The position numbers and the translations under genes are program-made. The notes beneath the pieces are model-generated. The model was not told where the DNA came from and ran no database searches. It worked only from the letters and a program-made list of their open reading frames with translations. 64,000 nucleotides of DNA from Macrostomum lignano. Lineage: Eukaryota. Each line of letters begins with the position of its first letter. Within the stretch, counting starts at the first letter, position 1. Where the stretch lies: positions 1 through 64,000 of the forward strand of contig NIVC01002369.1 in the NCBI GenBank assembly GCA_002269645.1, given 5' to 3'. This document shows, one piece after another, positions 12,101 to 21,585 of the stretch.

Positions 12101-15100
12101 CGTCGATCAGCTCACCAACAATGAACGCGCCTGGCGCGCCTGGTACGAGGAGGAGACGCCAGAGCTGGCCGACCCGCCTGACGGATACGCTCGGCTCGGC
12201 GCCTTCCACCGCCTGCTGCTGGTCCGCTGCCTGGCCCCGGAGCGAACACCCGCGATGGCTGCCCGCTACGTCAGCGAGACGCTCGGCCCGAGCTTTGCCG
12301 ACGAGTCCGCCGACACGTCGGGAAGCGGCGGCGGAGGCGGCCTGGAGGCGCTGGCAGAGGAGGCTGGACAAAGGCGAGCTCCGCTGCTCTGCCTGCTGGC
12401 GCCAGGCTGCGGGGACCCCGTGACGGATGGGGTCGAGCGACTGGCGCGTCGGCAGGGCGTGCCGTGCTCGGTGGTGGCTCTGGGTCGCTGCGAGCAGCAG
12501 CAGCAGCAGCAGCAGCATCCGACGCATTCGCAGCAGCATCCGACGCATTCGCAGCAGCAGCAGCAGCCAAGCAACACTCTGGGCGAGGTCCTCGCCCGTC
12601 GGCTGCTGCACTCGGCGATCACCGAAGGTCGCTGGCTGGTGCTGCAGAATCTGCACCTGTGCAGCGCCGCCTTTCTCGACGAGCTCAGCGACACCCTGGC
12701 CGCTTGGTCGGCGGCCGCCGCAGCTGCTAGCGCCGCCTCAGGCAACAGCGGCGGCGGTGTCGGTGGCAGCGGCGCTGGGACTGGCGGCGCTTCATCCACA
12801 TCCGCCCGATGTCGGGCGAGACTTCCGCGGCAGCTGCGGCATCGGCGGCCGCCACGGCTGCCGGCGGCGACGTCGTCATAGCAACCGCGGCGGCGGCCTT
12901 GGCGTCGGCGGCGGCAGCCGTCAGCAGCGGCACCGGAGGCTCGGCAGGTGGCGGCGGCGGCGGGGTCGACGGTCAGCTGGAGGGCGGAGTCGTTAGCGGC
13001 GGCGGCATCGGCGGCTTCCGCTGCTGGCTGACCTCGGAGCCGCTTCAAGCTTCTGCGGCCGCCGGCTTTCCCGCCGCTCTGATTGGCGGCTCGCTGAAGT
13101 TCACCGCCGACCAGCCGGCCAGCGTCAGGGCCGGGCTGGCGCGCACCTTCGCCCAGATCGGCGCCGAGCAACTGGAGTCCAACGGGACGCCGCAGTGGCG
13201 CCCGATGCTGTTCTGCGCGGCATTTCTCCACGCCGCCGTCAACGCCCGCCTGCGCTTCGGCGCCGTCGGCTGGTCAGCGGAGCCTCGACTGTCGCCGACG
13301 GATCTCGGCGCCGCGCTGCAGGCCCTGCAGAATCACCTGGATGAGGTCGATGCTCGCCGTGGCGTCGCTTGGCCAGCGGTCCGACACATGATCGGCGAGG
13401 TCGCTTTCGGTGGACGATTCCTCGACGACTGGGACCGCCGCCTGCTGAGCGTGTACTGCCGCCTGTGGCTGACGGAGTCCCTGCTGACCGACAGCTTCCA
13501 GTTCGCTCGCGGCGGCTACCAGCTGCCGCGGTGTCGCAACGTCGACGAGTTTCGAGCCTTCGTTGAAGCGCTTCCTGCGATTGACACGCCGGAGACCTTC
13601 GGACTGCACGCCAATGCGGATGTTGGGTGAGCGGCTGCGTGTGCGCCCACTGACCCTCCCCTGACCTTCCACTGACCCTTCCCCAGACCTTGCACTGACC
13701 CTCCCCTGACCTTCCACTGACCCTCCTCTGACTTTTCACTGACCCTTCCCTGACCTTTCACTGACCCTTCCCCAGACCTTGCACTGTACTGACCCTTTCC
13801 CTAACCTTCCACTGACCCTCTCCTGATCTTCTTCTGACCCTCTCCTAATCTTCCTCTGACCCTTTCCCTGACCTTCCACTGACCCTTCCCCTGACCTTCC
13901 ACTGACCTTTACACTGACCCTCCCCTGATTTCCCACTGAACCATTCACTGAGCCACCTACCCATCTAGATGCAGAATCTGCCCTTGTACATCCTTGATGA
14001 TGCGTTAGTCATGCCCTCTTTACACCCTGTGTGAGCGTGTGCTTGCGTACGTAACTGTGTTTCGCTAGCCCCATGCAAGCTCACTAAAAACTTCCGTAAA
14101 CCCTTCCATCCTTCCAGCTGCCAGAGGGTCAGAGCGAATGCCATATTAGAGTCGGTTTGCCTGATGCAGCAGTATCCGCCAAGCCAGCGACTGTCGGGGC
14201 TGGCTGACAGGCGCTCCATCGCGGACATCAGCGAGGATGTGCTGGGAAAGCTGCCGGACGAGTTCGGACCCACAGAGGTAATCCAACACACTTTAACACT
14301 GCCGCAAATCCAGGCCACAGAGGCCTTCCATTCCATCAAAGTATCACCGATCTCATCAAAGTATCACCGATCCCATCAAAGTATCCCCGATCCCATCAAA
14401 GTATCATCGATCCCATCAAAGTATCACCGATCCCATCAAAGTGTCATCGATCCCATCAAAGTATCATCGATCCCATCAAAGTATCACCGATCCCATCAAA
14501 GTGTCATCGATCCCATCAAATAATCACCGATCCCATCCAAGTATCATCGATCCTATCAAAGAATCCCCGATCCCATCAAAGTATCATCGATCCCATCAAA
14601 GTATCCCCGATCTCATCAAAGTATCATTAATCTCATCAAAGTATCCCCGATCCCATCAAAGTATCATTAATCTCATCAAAGTATCATTGATCCCATCAAG
14701 CACCGACTATCCCAGCTGACGTCACTCCTCCAACATCCACATCCGCATTCCACATCCCAGATTCGCGACCGTCTCCGCAAGCTGGATAATCAGCAGCGCC
14801 CGCTGAACGTCTTCCTGCGCACCGAGCTCAACCGAATGCACCGTCTGCTAACCGCAGCCCGCGCCGATCTGGCCGCCTTGGCCGCCTCATCCGAGGACGT
14901 CATCGAAGCAGCCGAATTGGTGGACCTGCCGGACACTCTTCTGGACGTGCTGGAGGCCCTTCGCCAGCTCCGGGTGCCAACTCGATGGCTGCGACTCGCC
15001 TGGGAGGAGGAGTCGCCGTCGGAATCCGTTGAGTCGCCAGGTGGCCTCGCTGTCTGGCTGACGGACCTTCGCGAGCGTCACGCTCAGCTTCGCTCATGGC

Positions 15101-15935
15101 TGGTTGAGGGCCGGCCGCCTGCGGCGCACTGGCTGGCGGGCTACTTCAGGCCTGCGGCGTTTCTTGTCGCCCTTCGACAGGAGGCCGTCAGGGCGAGGCG
15201 CGGATGGTCGCTGGAGACGGTGCATCTCGCCAGCGATGTCACCCGGCTGTCTAAGTGAGTGCAGGAATTCTAAGACGGGGAATTCTAAGACGGGTAATTC
15301 TAAGACGGGGAATTCTAAGACGGGGAATTCTAAGACGGGGAATTCTAAGACGGGGAATTCTAAGACGGGAAATTCTAAGACGGGGAATTCTAAGACGGGG
15401 AATTCTAAGACGGGGAATTCTAAGACGGGGAATTCTAAGACGGGGAATTCTAAGACGGGGAATTCTAAAACGGGGAGTTCTAAGATGGGGAAGTCTAAGA
15501 CGGGGAATTCTATGACGGGGAGTTCTAAGACGGGGAATTATAAGACGGGGAATTCTAAGACGAACCCCTGTCCCCGACAGAGAGGAGGCCCACGCTGCAC
15601 CACCCGACGGCGCCTTCGTCCACGGTCTTGTCCTGGACGGCGCAGGCTGGGATCGCAGGAACAGCCGACTGACGGAGGCCGCCCCCAAGGCCGGGCCGGT
15701 GCAGCTGCCCCTGGTGCACCTGTTCGCCGTGTGCAGCAGCGGCGGCGGTGGAGCGGGCGGAGCTGGCGGAGGTTCGGGCGCGGGTTCAACGGGACTGTAC
15801 GAGTGCCCGGTGTACACCCGCTCTGAGCGGGGTCAGAAGCGTCAGCTGTGCTGCCTGCAGCTGCGCAGTCAGCGCGATCCGGAGCACTGGACGCTCAGAG
15901 GGGTTGCGGCTGTGCTCGGCGACGCTGCGAAATGA
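175..15935 (+). CDS. DNAH5: Axonemal dynein heavy chain, outer-arm gamma type (DNAH5/DNAH8-like), 5'-partial and divergent. Covers AAA1 (part) to AAA4, stalk/MTBD, AAA5, AAA6 and C-terminal domain. Exons: 175-363, 837-1152, 1289-1618, 1715-2073, 2518-2771, 3387-5135, 5260-5829, 6086-6667, 7012-7179, 9034-9207, 10092-10313, 10887-13626, 14118-14277, 14761-15254, 15581-15935
   Basis: Motifs in order: [157 protein letters not shown], then TGA at 15933. All listed junctions are GT-AG with consistent phases, given one-base frameshifts at ~911 and ~12806. Exons 7012-7179 and 9034-9207 are absent from the ORF track and were translated by hand. DNAH5 versus DNAH8 orthology cannot be resolved here. 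Confidence 0.93.
385..732 (-). mobile_element. tRNA-derived SINE with a conserved central domain, inside dynein intron 364-836
   Basis: Minus strand opens with a tRNA-like head (GGCGGCTGCAGCTTAGTGGTTAGAGCGTTGGACTCGCGATTG, A-box-like). It is followed by GTGTCCTTGAGCAGGACACCTAACTCTGCATTGCTTCAGTTCACCCAGCTGTAAAATGGGTGCC, which resembles the CORE/V/Meta-type SINE central domain. B-box degraded; 3' limit approximate. Confidence 0.65.
2161..2505. repeat. 30-bp intronic minisatellite (CCATGCGTGATGCCCTCCGATCCCTCCATT)n, ~11 copies
   Basis: Tandem copies fill dynein intron 2074-2517 and grade into the acceptor region. Confidence 0.95.
7400..7632 (-). mobile_element. Internally deleted Tc1/mariner remnant
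   Basis: Minus-strand [13 protein letters not shown]...[10 protein letters not shown] matches the Tc1 DDE motifs QDNAPxH and WPSxSPDL. Imperfect terminal inverted repeats (11/16 identity) with TA on both sides. Confidence 0.65.
9239..9995. repeat. 25-bp intronic minisatellite (GAATCGAGGGGCGCCTAAGTAGGAA-type)
   Basis: About 30 tandem units in dynein intron 9208-10091, homogeneous at the left end and more diverged to the right. Confidence 0.93.
10502..10825. repeat. 12-bp intronic minisatellite (CTGACCCTCCCA)n
   Basis: Tandem copies in dynein intron 10314-10886. Confidence 0.95.
13648..13950. repeat. Degenerate CTGACC(C)TTCC-based intronic minisatellite
   Basis: Repeating CTGACCCTCCCCTGACCTTCCA-like units in intron 13627-14117, related to the 10502-10825 unit. 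Confidence 0.85.
14330..14705. repeat. 20-bp intronic minisatellite (ATCCCATCAAAGTATCACCG)n
   Basis: Tandem copies in intron 14278-14760; the same unit recurs at 31645-31940. Confidence 0.95.
15262..15562. repeat. 15-bp intronic minisatellite (GAATTCTAAGACGGG)n, ~20 copies
   Basis: Fills almost all of intron 15255-15580. Confidence 0.95.
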
Positions 15936-15969
15936 ACGCCAGAAAATTACGAGCGTAAAATTAAAACAA

Positions 15970-15975
15970 AATAAA
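15970..15975 (+). promoter_or_regulatory. Candidate polyadenylation signal of the dynein gene
   Basis: AATAAA 35 nt after the TGA, followed by T-rich sequence. Confidence 0.5.
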
Positions 15976-16048
15976 AACTTTTACTTTGCATTCCTAAGAC
16001 TCAAACTCGTTTTTAAAAAATCAGATTCCAGTCTAGAGAAATGAGATA

Positions 16049-16208
16049 TTCTTAGAAAACTGATATTCTGTTTTAATTTGTTAAAATAATGTAATTAACC
16101 ATTTTCAAACAAAAATTTAACATTCTTAGAAAACCGATATTCTGTTTTAATTTGTTAAAATAATGTAATTAACCATTTTCAAACAAAAATTTAACAGTCT
16201 TAGAAAAC
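16049..16208. repeat. 74-bp tandem duplication (about 2.2 copies)
   Basis: TTCTTAGAAAAC...AAATTTAACA starts at 16049 and 16123, with a partial third copy near 16197. Confidence 0.85.
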
Positions 16209-16896
16209 AAGATTCAATTATTGAAAATCGAGATTACAATAGTTAATAATTGTGTTTCTAAAAAATACTAAATTCGCATAAACAAAAATAATAAAAAATG
16301 ATATGTAAATTTAAACGTGGATTCTGGGAAAGCGGAGTTATTTTTGTGTTTTAAATAACCATTTAGCCAAGATTTGTTTTTGTTTTTTCATCTATGCAGA
16401 AAAAGAATTCAACTTAAATCTTAATTTGTGTTTTTTTTCAGATTTCTAATCTCAAATCACCGTTTTAAAGTTTTTTCTAATCCGAAAATGATTAAAGAGT
16501 TGCCATAAAAATAGAAATAGAATCTTTGTATTCAACTTGGATATACTCACTCTTCAGTGAAAAAAATAGAATATTTTTCGAACCCGTTAATTAACTCCAC
16601 CTTGTAGGTCTTTGATAGACTGCCTATATTAGTCTTAATATAGCGATAAACATAGAATTGCTGAGGTCATTGCTGGCTTGTGATTATATTCTCTTTGATA
16701 ATTATTTCCTCATACGCTCGAATTCCGTAATTCAGGGAGGCGACTTCCTCGTCACTGTCTGATTTTCTTAGAACTTGCGACTCCGTTCAGGAGGAAGCCT
16801 TACTTCCTTTGAGCAGAATTGGAGAGAGGGATGGCTGAGGGATGAATTTTTCTAAGGTTTGCTTGCAGCTTGAAGCTCAAATCCAATGAACTACAT

Positions 16897-17490
16897 GCCT
16901 CCCAGATCCCCAGTTGCTGGGCCAGCCTCCCAGATCCCCAGTTACTGGGCCAGCCTCCCAGATCCTCAATTGCTGGGCCAGCCTCCCAGATCCTCAATTG
17001 CTGGGCCAGCCTCCCAGATCCTCAATTGCTGGATGAGCTTCCCAGATCCTCAGTTGCTTAGCCAGCCTCCCAGATCCTCAGTTGCTGGGCCAGCCTCCCA
17101 GATCCTCAGTTGCTGGGCCAGCCTCCCAGATCCTCAGTTGCTGGGCCAGCCTTCCAGATCCTCAGTTGCTAGGCCAGCCTCCCAGATCCTCAGTTGCTGG
17201 GCCAGCCTCCCAGATCCTCAGTTGCTGAGCCAGCCTCCCAGATCCTCAGTTGCTGGGCCAGCCTCCCAGATCCTCAGTTGCTGGGCCAGCCTCCCAGATC
17301 CCCAGTTGCTGGGCCAGCCTCCCAGTTCCTCAGTTGCTGGGCCAGCCTCCCAGATCCTCAGTTGCTGGGCCAGCCTCCCAGATCCTCAGTTGCTGGGCCA
17401 GCCTCCCAGATCCTCTGTTGCTGGGTCAGCCTCCCAGATCCTCAGTTGCTGAGCCGGCCTCCCAGATCCCCAGTGTCTGAGCCGGCCTCC
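16897..17490. repeat. 28-bp minisatellite (GGGCCAGCCTCCCAGATCCTCAGTTGCT)n
   Basis: About 21 tandem copies; explains the repetitive ORFs at 16800-17667. Confidence 0.95.
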
Positions 17491-18279
17491 TTTATTTTAG
17501 ATTTAATTTCAGCCAAGCAAATTAAATTTTATAAGCTACCAACAGACGTGCAACACGCAGACACGAAAGTCGAGTTAAGCATGCTTGCCGGATGCTCTGT
17601 TGCATACAAAAAATTTCCCGAACTGACTGGGTGTCCCCTCATGTCTCACCCGTCAGTCAGTTTCTGAATTTCTCAGCTGGTAAAGCAATTTACTTGGCCA
17701 GGAAATCTGCAATTTCATCGGCCACTCCCAATTCTCGCTTGTCGTTGTTGTTACGTAATCAAAATTTGCAAACTCGAAGTGAAAAGTAAACGCTGGAATT
17801 CCCTCGAGCAGCATCGGGTTATGAGAAAAAGCTGAGAGAGAGAGCTGTGGTATTAGGGGGGTCAGGGCGAGACTTGTTGTTGTTCAAGTGGCGCCCTTCT
17901 CTCTCTCTCTCTCTCTGCCCAGCTCGCATTAGTCTCCATCATTTTTGTCGAGTTTTGTTCGCGTCGTACAGCAAGAGTTTCGGAGTAATAATACTGCTAC
18001 AAACTACACCTAGAGATCTGTGCTTTTTTGCATTTTTTTAAGTTAAAATATATCTGATCATGGCAGCGCCAGAACCAATGAAAACTTATTGCACTGCTGA
18101 GGGAAGAGGTTGCTCGTAGGGGGAGGGTTATAGGCGGAGAGAGATTCACGCTTAGATGTAGACTGAGAGATTCACGCTTTGATGTAGACTGAGATTCTAA
18201 GCGTTAAGGAGTCAGATAGTGGATAATGAGAGATAAGAGGCGAGATGGGAACAGAGTGAGAGGAAGAGGGTAACAGAGG

Positions 18280-18757
18280 GAGAGAGGGAGAGAGGGGGAG
18301 AGAGAGGGGAGAGGGAGAGAGAGAGAGAGGGAGGAGGGAGAGAGGGAGGAGGGGAGAGGGAGAGGGAGAGAGGGAGAGAGGGGAGAGGGGAGAGGGAGAG
18401 AGGGAGAGAGGGAAGAGAGAGAGAGAGGGAGAGAGGGAGGAGGGAGAGAGAGAGGGAGGAGGGAGAGAGGGAGGAGGGGGAGAGGGGAGAGGGAGAGAGG
18501 GAGAGAGGGGGAGAGGGAGAGAGAGAGGGGGAGAGAGGGAGAGAGGGGGAGAGGGAGAGAGAGAGAGGGAGAGAGGGAGAGAGGGAGAGAGAGAGAGGGG
18601 GAGGAGGGAGAGAGGGAGGAGGGGAGAGGGGAGAGGGAGAGAGGGAGAGAGGGAGAGAGGGAGAGAGAGAGGAGGGAGAGAGGGAGGAGGGGGAGAGGGG
18701 AGAGGGAGAGAGGGAAAGAGGGGGAGAGGGAGAGAGGGAGAGAGAGAGAGAGGAGGG
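18280..18757. repeat. GA-rich low-complexity tract (GGGAGAGAG-type)
   Basis: Purine-only run; the same unit type occurs at 22410-22500. Confidence 0.95.
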
Positions 18758-18827
18758 CGCCTCCAATCCCGGGCACTGACACGGTAGAAAGTCAGAAAGG
18801 ACTGAAAAAAGTCAATTTAAATTGAGT

Positions 18828-18871
18828 AGCCGATACGAGCTATTTCGAAATTAAATTTCTTCGTCAGGGCT
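18828..18871 (-). ncRNA. Type I hammerhead ribozyme in the PLE 3' region
   Basis: Minus strand: AGCC-CUGACGA-A-GAAAU(UUA)AUUUC-GAAA-UAGCUCGUA-UC|GGCU. Stem I AGCC/GGCU, 5-bp stem II, stem III AUA/UAU, AUC cleavage triplet (cut after 18832). Confidence 0.8.
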
Positions 18872-19296
18872 GTAAGCGAGTGAAGTTTATTTGGCGCGAA
18901 TTGCCATCAATATATAAACGCGATATCGCCAGGGAGAGACGATCGATAAATTGATGTGCTCAAGCACTTAAAACAGTACGCATGGTCAGTACATAAAAAC
19001 GAGTCCGAGACTATGAGAAAAGCGGGGGGTGGCTAAAACTGTACAAGTGGGCCTAGACGACCTTTGAGTGTAGAATAAAAATTGTAAAAATAAATGGCAA
19101 AATAAATAGACAAGGTAAATAAAAATTATTATTAAATGCTCAGAGCAAAAAATGCAGGTGCACCGTACACAGTGTCAGAAAAATGAATAAAAAGCAGAGA
19201 ATAAATAATCTGAATAAATCAAAATAAAGTCAATGAAAAAATCACAGAGGGGAAAAATAGCAGTAAAAGAGCCTTTGTACAGGCGTCAAAAGGGAC

Positions 19297-21585
19297 CTAG
19301 TTGGCAGGATCGAGCCGACTATGAGAGAGCAGAGTTCGGAGGCTTCTCCCCTTGGTGTAGGCGGGCAGCACCGGGGTCTCGCAGTGGCGTATCACCCTGT
19401 CCTTCACTTTGGCAGCCAGGGCGTCGGAGGTCGCACAGTGGGGCAGGATCAGCGGGATGGCCGGTTTGTGCAGTATGCCGGCAAGTTCGTTGGCGCCGTG
19501 TGGAACATGAGTCCTCAGGACCTCGATAAACTTGGCCTCCTGACGCTGACGCCGCTCGTCAGCTCTGGGTCCTGTGCCATCGCGTGTCCAGATGCCGGTG
19601 AAGGCGAAGTTCGTCAGACTGTGGCCACCGCTGGTGAAGTGGCGCGCTACCGGAGTGTCGCGGGTGTGCCGGATGTCACCGATGTGCGCCAGCATGCGAC
19701 CACGGATGCTGTTGGCGGTCTCGCCGACGTAGACCGTGTGGTCGCACCGGCGGCAGAACACGGCATAGACGGCGTTCGTGGCGTTGCAGTCGATCCGCTG
19801 ACTGATGATGAGCTGGACTGTCGTGGCTGCTGATCCGGGGCAGACGGAGGCGAACCTGGCGTGCGCCTGGCAGCACTTGCAGAGTCGGGCCGAGTTGCAC
19901 GGCAGGAAGCCGAACTCCCACCGTCTGGTCGGGTAGAAGCCCAGCTCCGTCAGCACGTCGTACTTGATGGTGCGGAGGAAGCGCCGGCTGTAGCCTTGGT
20001 GCTGCACCAGATTCGACATCAGCCCGGTGCACGCTGCGTCGAAGTCGGCCATCCGGGAGCACCGCCAGGCGTACCTGAGGAGCTGGGACTTTACCACGCC
20101 CCGGAAAGTTCGCTTAGGATGGAAGGAGCCGCGGTGGATGAGGACTCGGCTGTCGGTGGGCTTGAAATATACCCTGGTTGCCAGGCTTTTGCTGTCGCCT
20201 TCGCGGTCCCAGAAGACGGTGGTGTCTAGGAAGTTCACCTCTGTGCTGCTGTAGCTCAGTTGAAGTCGGATGTTGGGGTCGAGGGCGTCCAGGTGTTGAT
20301 GGAACTGGACCAGCTCCGCCTCTGTGCCACGCCACACTCCAAAGACGTCGTCGATGTAGCGGAGCCACAGGCTGGGCTTCTGCGGGCTGGTCTCCAGGCC
20401 TCTCTGCTCCCAGTAGCCCATGTAGATGTTGCTGTAGCTGGGCGTGAAAGACTTCCCCATGGCAGTGCCTTTCACCTGCAGAAAGTACCTGCCGTCAAAC
20501 TCGAAGTCGTTGCGCTCCAGGTTCAGCTTGAGCAGGCTGAGTAGGCTGGCGTCTGGGCGCCGGCTGTGCGGGTGCTCCCTAAACGCTCTTCGCACGCACT
20601 CGAGGCCGGCCTCCGTCGGGATGTTGGTGTACAGGCTGGCGACGTCCATGGTGAACAGGAAGGACTCCTCGGACGCCGCACAGGCGATCCCGCGGATGGC
20701 GGCCTGGAAGTGGTCAGTGTCCCTGATGAAGCTGGGCAGCTGGATGACGATCGGCTGCAGGAAGCTGTCGATGAAGCGGCCGCTAGCGTAAGACTCGCTG
20801 TCCACATCAGACACGATGGGCCGGCCCGGAGGAATGTCGCCGAGCGGCCACGACTCGACGGGCTTGTGGATCTTCGGCAGGATGTAGAAGCACCGCGTGC
20901 GGAACCCCTCCTTCGGGCAGAAGGCGTTGAACTGGCGCCGATCGATGATCCTTCGGTCCAGCAGCGATCTGAAGACGCCGCGGATCATCTGGGCTGTGAA
21001 GCGGCTGATCGGTGCGCTCAGAGGTCGGTAAAACAGCGGGTCTTCCAGCTGACGCAGGCATTCACGGACATAGTCCTGCCGGTCCAGGATGACCAGCTGG
21101 CTGCCCTTGTCGGCCGGCTTGATGACGATGGACTTGTCTGCCCGCAGATCTCGCAGTGCCTTTGCCTCCGCCTGGCTGATGTTTGGAGCGTTCCTGCAGT
21201 CCCGGATGTTCTCCCTGACGTCGTCCAGCTCCGCCAGAGCGGCTTGAATTTCGGGCCGGAGGCGGCTCGGATCGATGCTGGCCGTTGGGCGGCGGGGAAG
21301 CGGCGGGCCGTCGTCCACCGTCAGTTCGCGCTTGAAACCGCGAGCCGCCGACACGGCCAGACGCTCGCCAAAGTCGCGGACGCCGGACGCCAGAGACTCC
21401 GCCGAGGTGCACCGAGGAGCCACTACGAAGGACTGGCCGCGCTCCAGCAGTTGCAGTTCAGTCGGTGCGAGAGCGCGGCTGGAGAGGTTCGTCACCCTCA
21501 GTTGGGGGGCCCATGGCTCGCCCCCGGCCCGCTCAGTTTTTTGGAAGGTCGCCCGCCGTCTCCAGGGCGACGGCGAACGCCCCAT
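19297..21585 (-). CDS. Penelope-like reverse transcriptase + Cys-rich linker + GIY-YIG endonuclease (uninterrupted)
   Basis: VTNLS...LLERGQSF N-terminal motif, GRPIVS, MDVASLYTNIP, QVKGTAMG, WLRYIDD (YIDD at 20347-20358), VNFLD, YFKPTD, PCNSARLCKCC linker, VYAVFCRRCDHTVYVGET...RMLAH...VARHF...E...GAN (GIY-YIG with CCHH). PLE homology begins near 21495; the track's ATG at 21585 may not be the real start. Confidence 0.95.
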   Translation of the reverse strand: MGRSPSPWRRRATFQKTERAGGEPWAPQLRVTNLSSRALAPTELQLLERGQSFVVAPRCTSAESLASGVRDFGERLAVSAARGFKRELTVDDGPPLPRRPTASIDPSRLRPEIQAALAELDDVRENIRDCRNAPNISQAEAKALRDLRADKSIVIKPADKGSQLVILDRQDYVRECLRQLEDPLFYRPLSAPISRFTAQMIRGVFRSLLDRRIIDRRQFNAFCPKEGFRTRCFYILPKIHKPVESWPLGDIPPGRPIVSDVDSESYASGRFIDSFLQPIVIQLPSFIRDTDHFQAAIRGIACAASEESFLFTMDVASLYTNIPTEAGLECVRRAFREHPHSRRPDASLLSLLKLNLERNDFEFDGRYFLQVKGTAMGKSFTPSYSNIYMGYWEQRGLETSPQKPSLWLRYIDDVFGVWRGTEAELVQFHQHLDALDPNIRLQLSYSSTEVNFLDTTVFWDREGDSKSLATRVYFKPTDSRVLIHRGSFHPKRTFRGVVKSQLLRYAWRCSRMADFDAACTGLMSNLVQHQGYSRRFLRTIKYDVLTELGFYPTRRWEFGFLPCNSARLCKCCQAHARFASVCPGSAATTVQLIISQRIDCNATNAVYAVFCRRCDHTVYVGETANSIRGRMLAHIGDIRHTRDTPVARHFTSGGHSLTNFAFTGIWTRDGTGPRADERRQRQEAKFIEVLRTHVPHGANELAGILHKPAIPLILPHCATSDALAAKVKDRVIRHCETPVLPAYTKGRSLRTLLSHSRLDPAN

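Noticed and set aside
10700-13739. Many overlapping antisense and alternate-frame ORFs over the dynein, PLE and cadherin exons
   Set aside because: Expected shadow ORFs of GC-rich coding DNA; no independent motifs.
18204-18782. Leu/Ser/Pro-rich ORFs here and at 35545-36279 and 37005-37868
   Set aside because: Translations of GA/CT low-complexity tracts.
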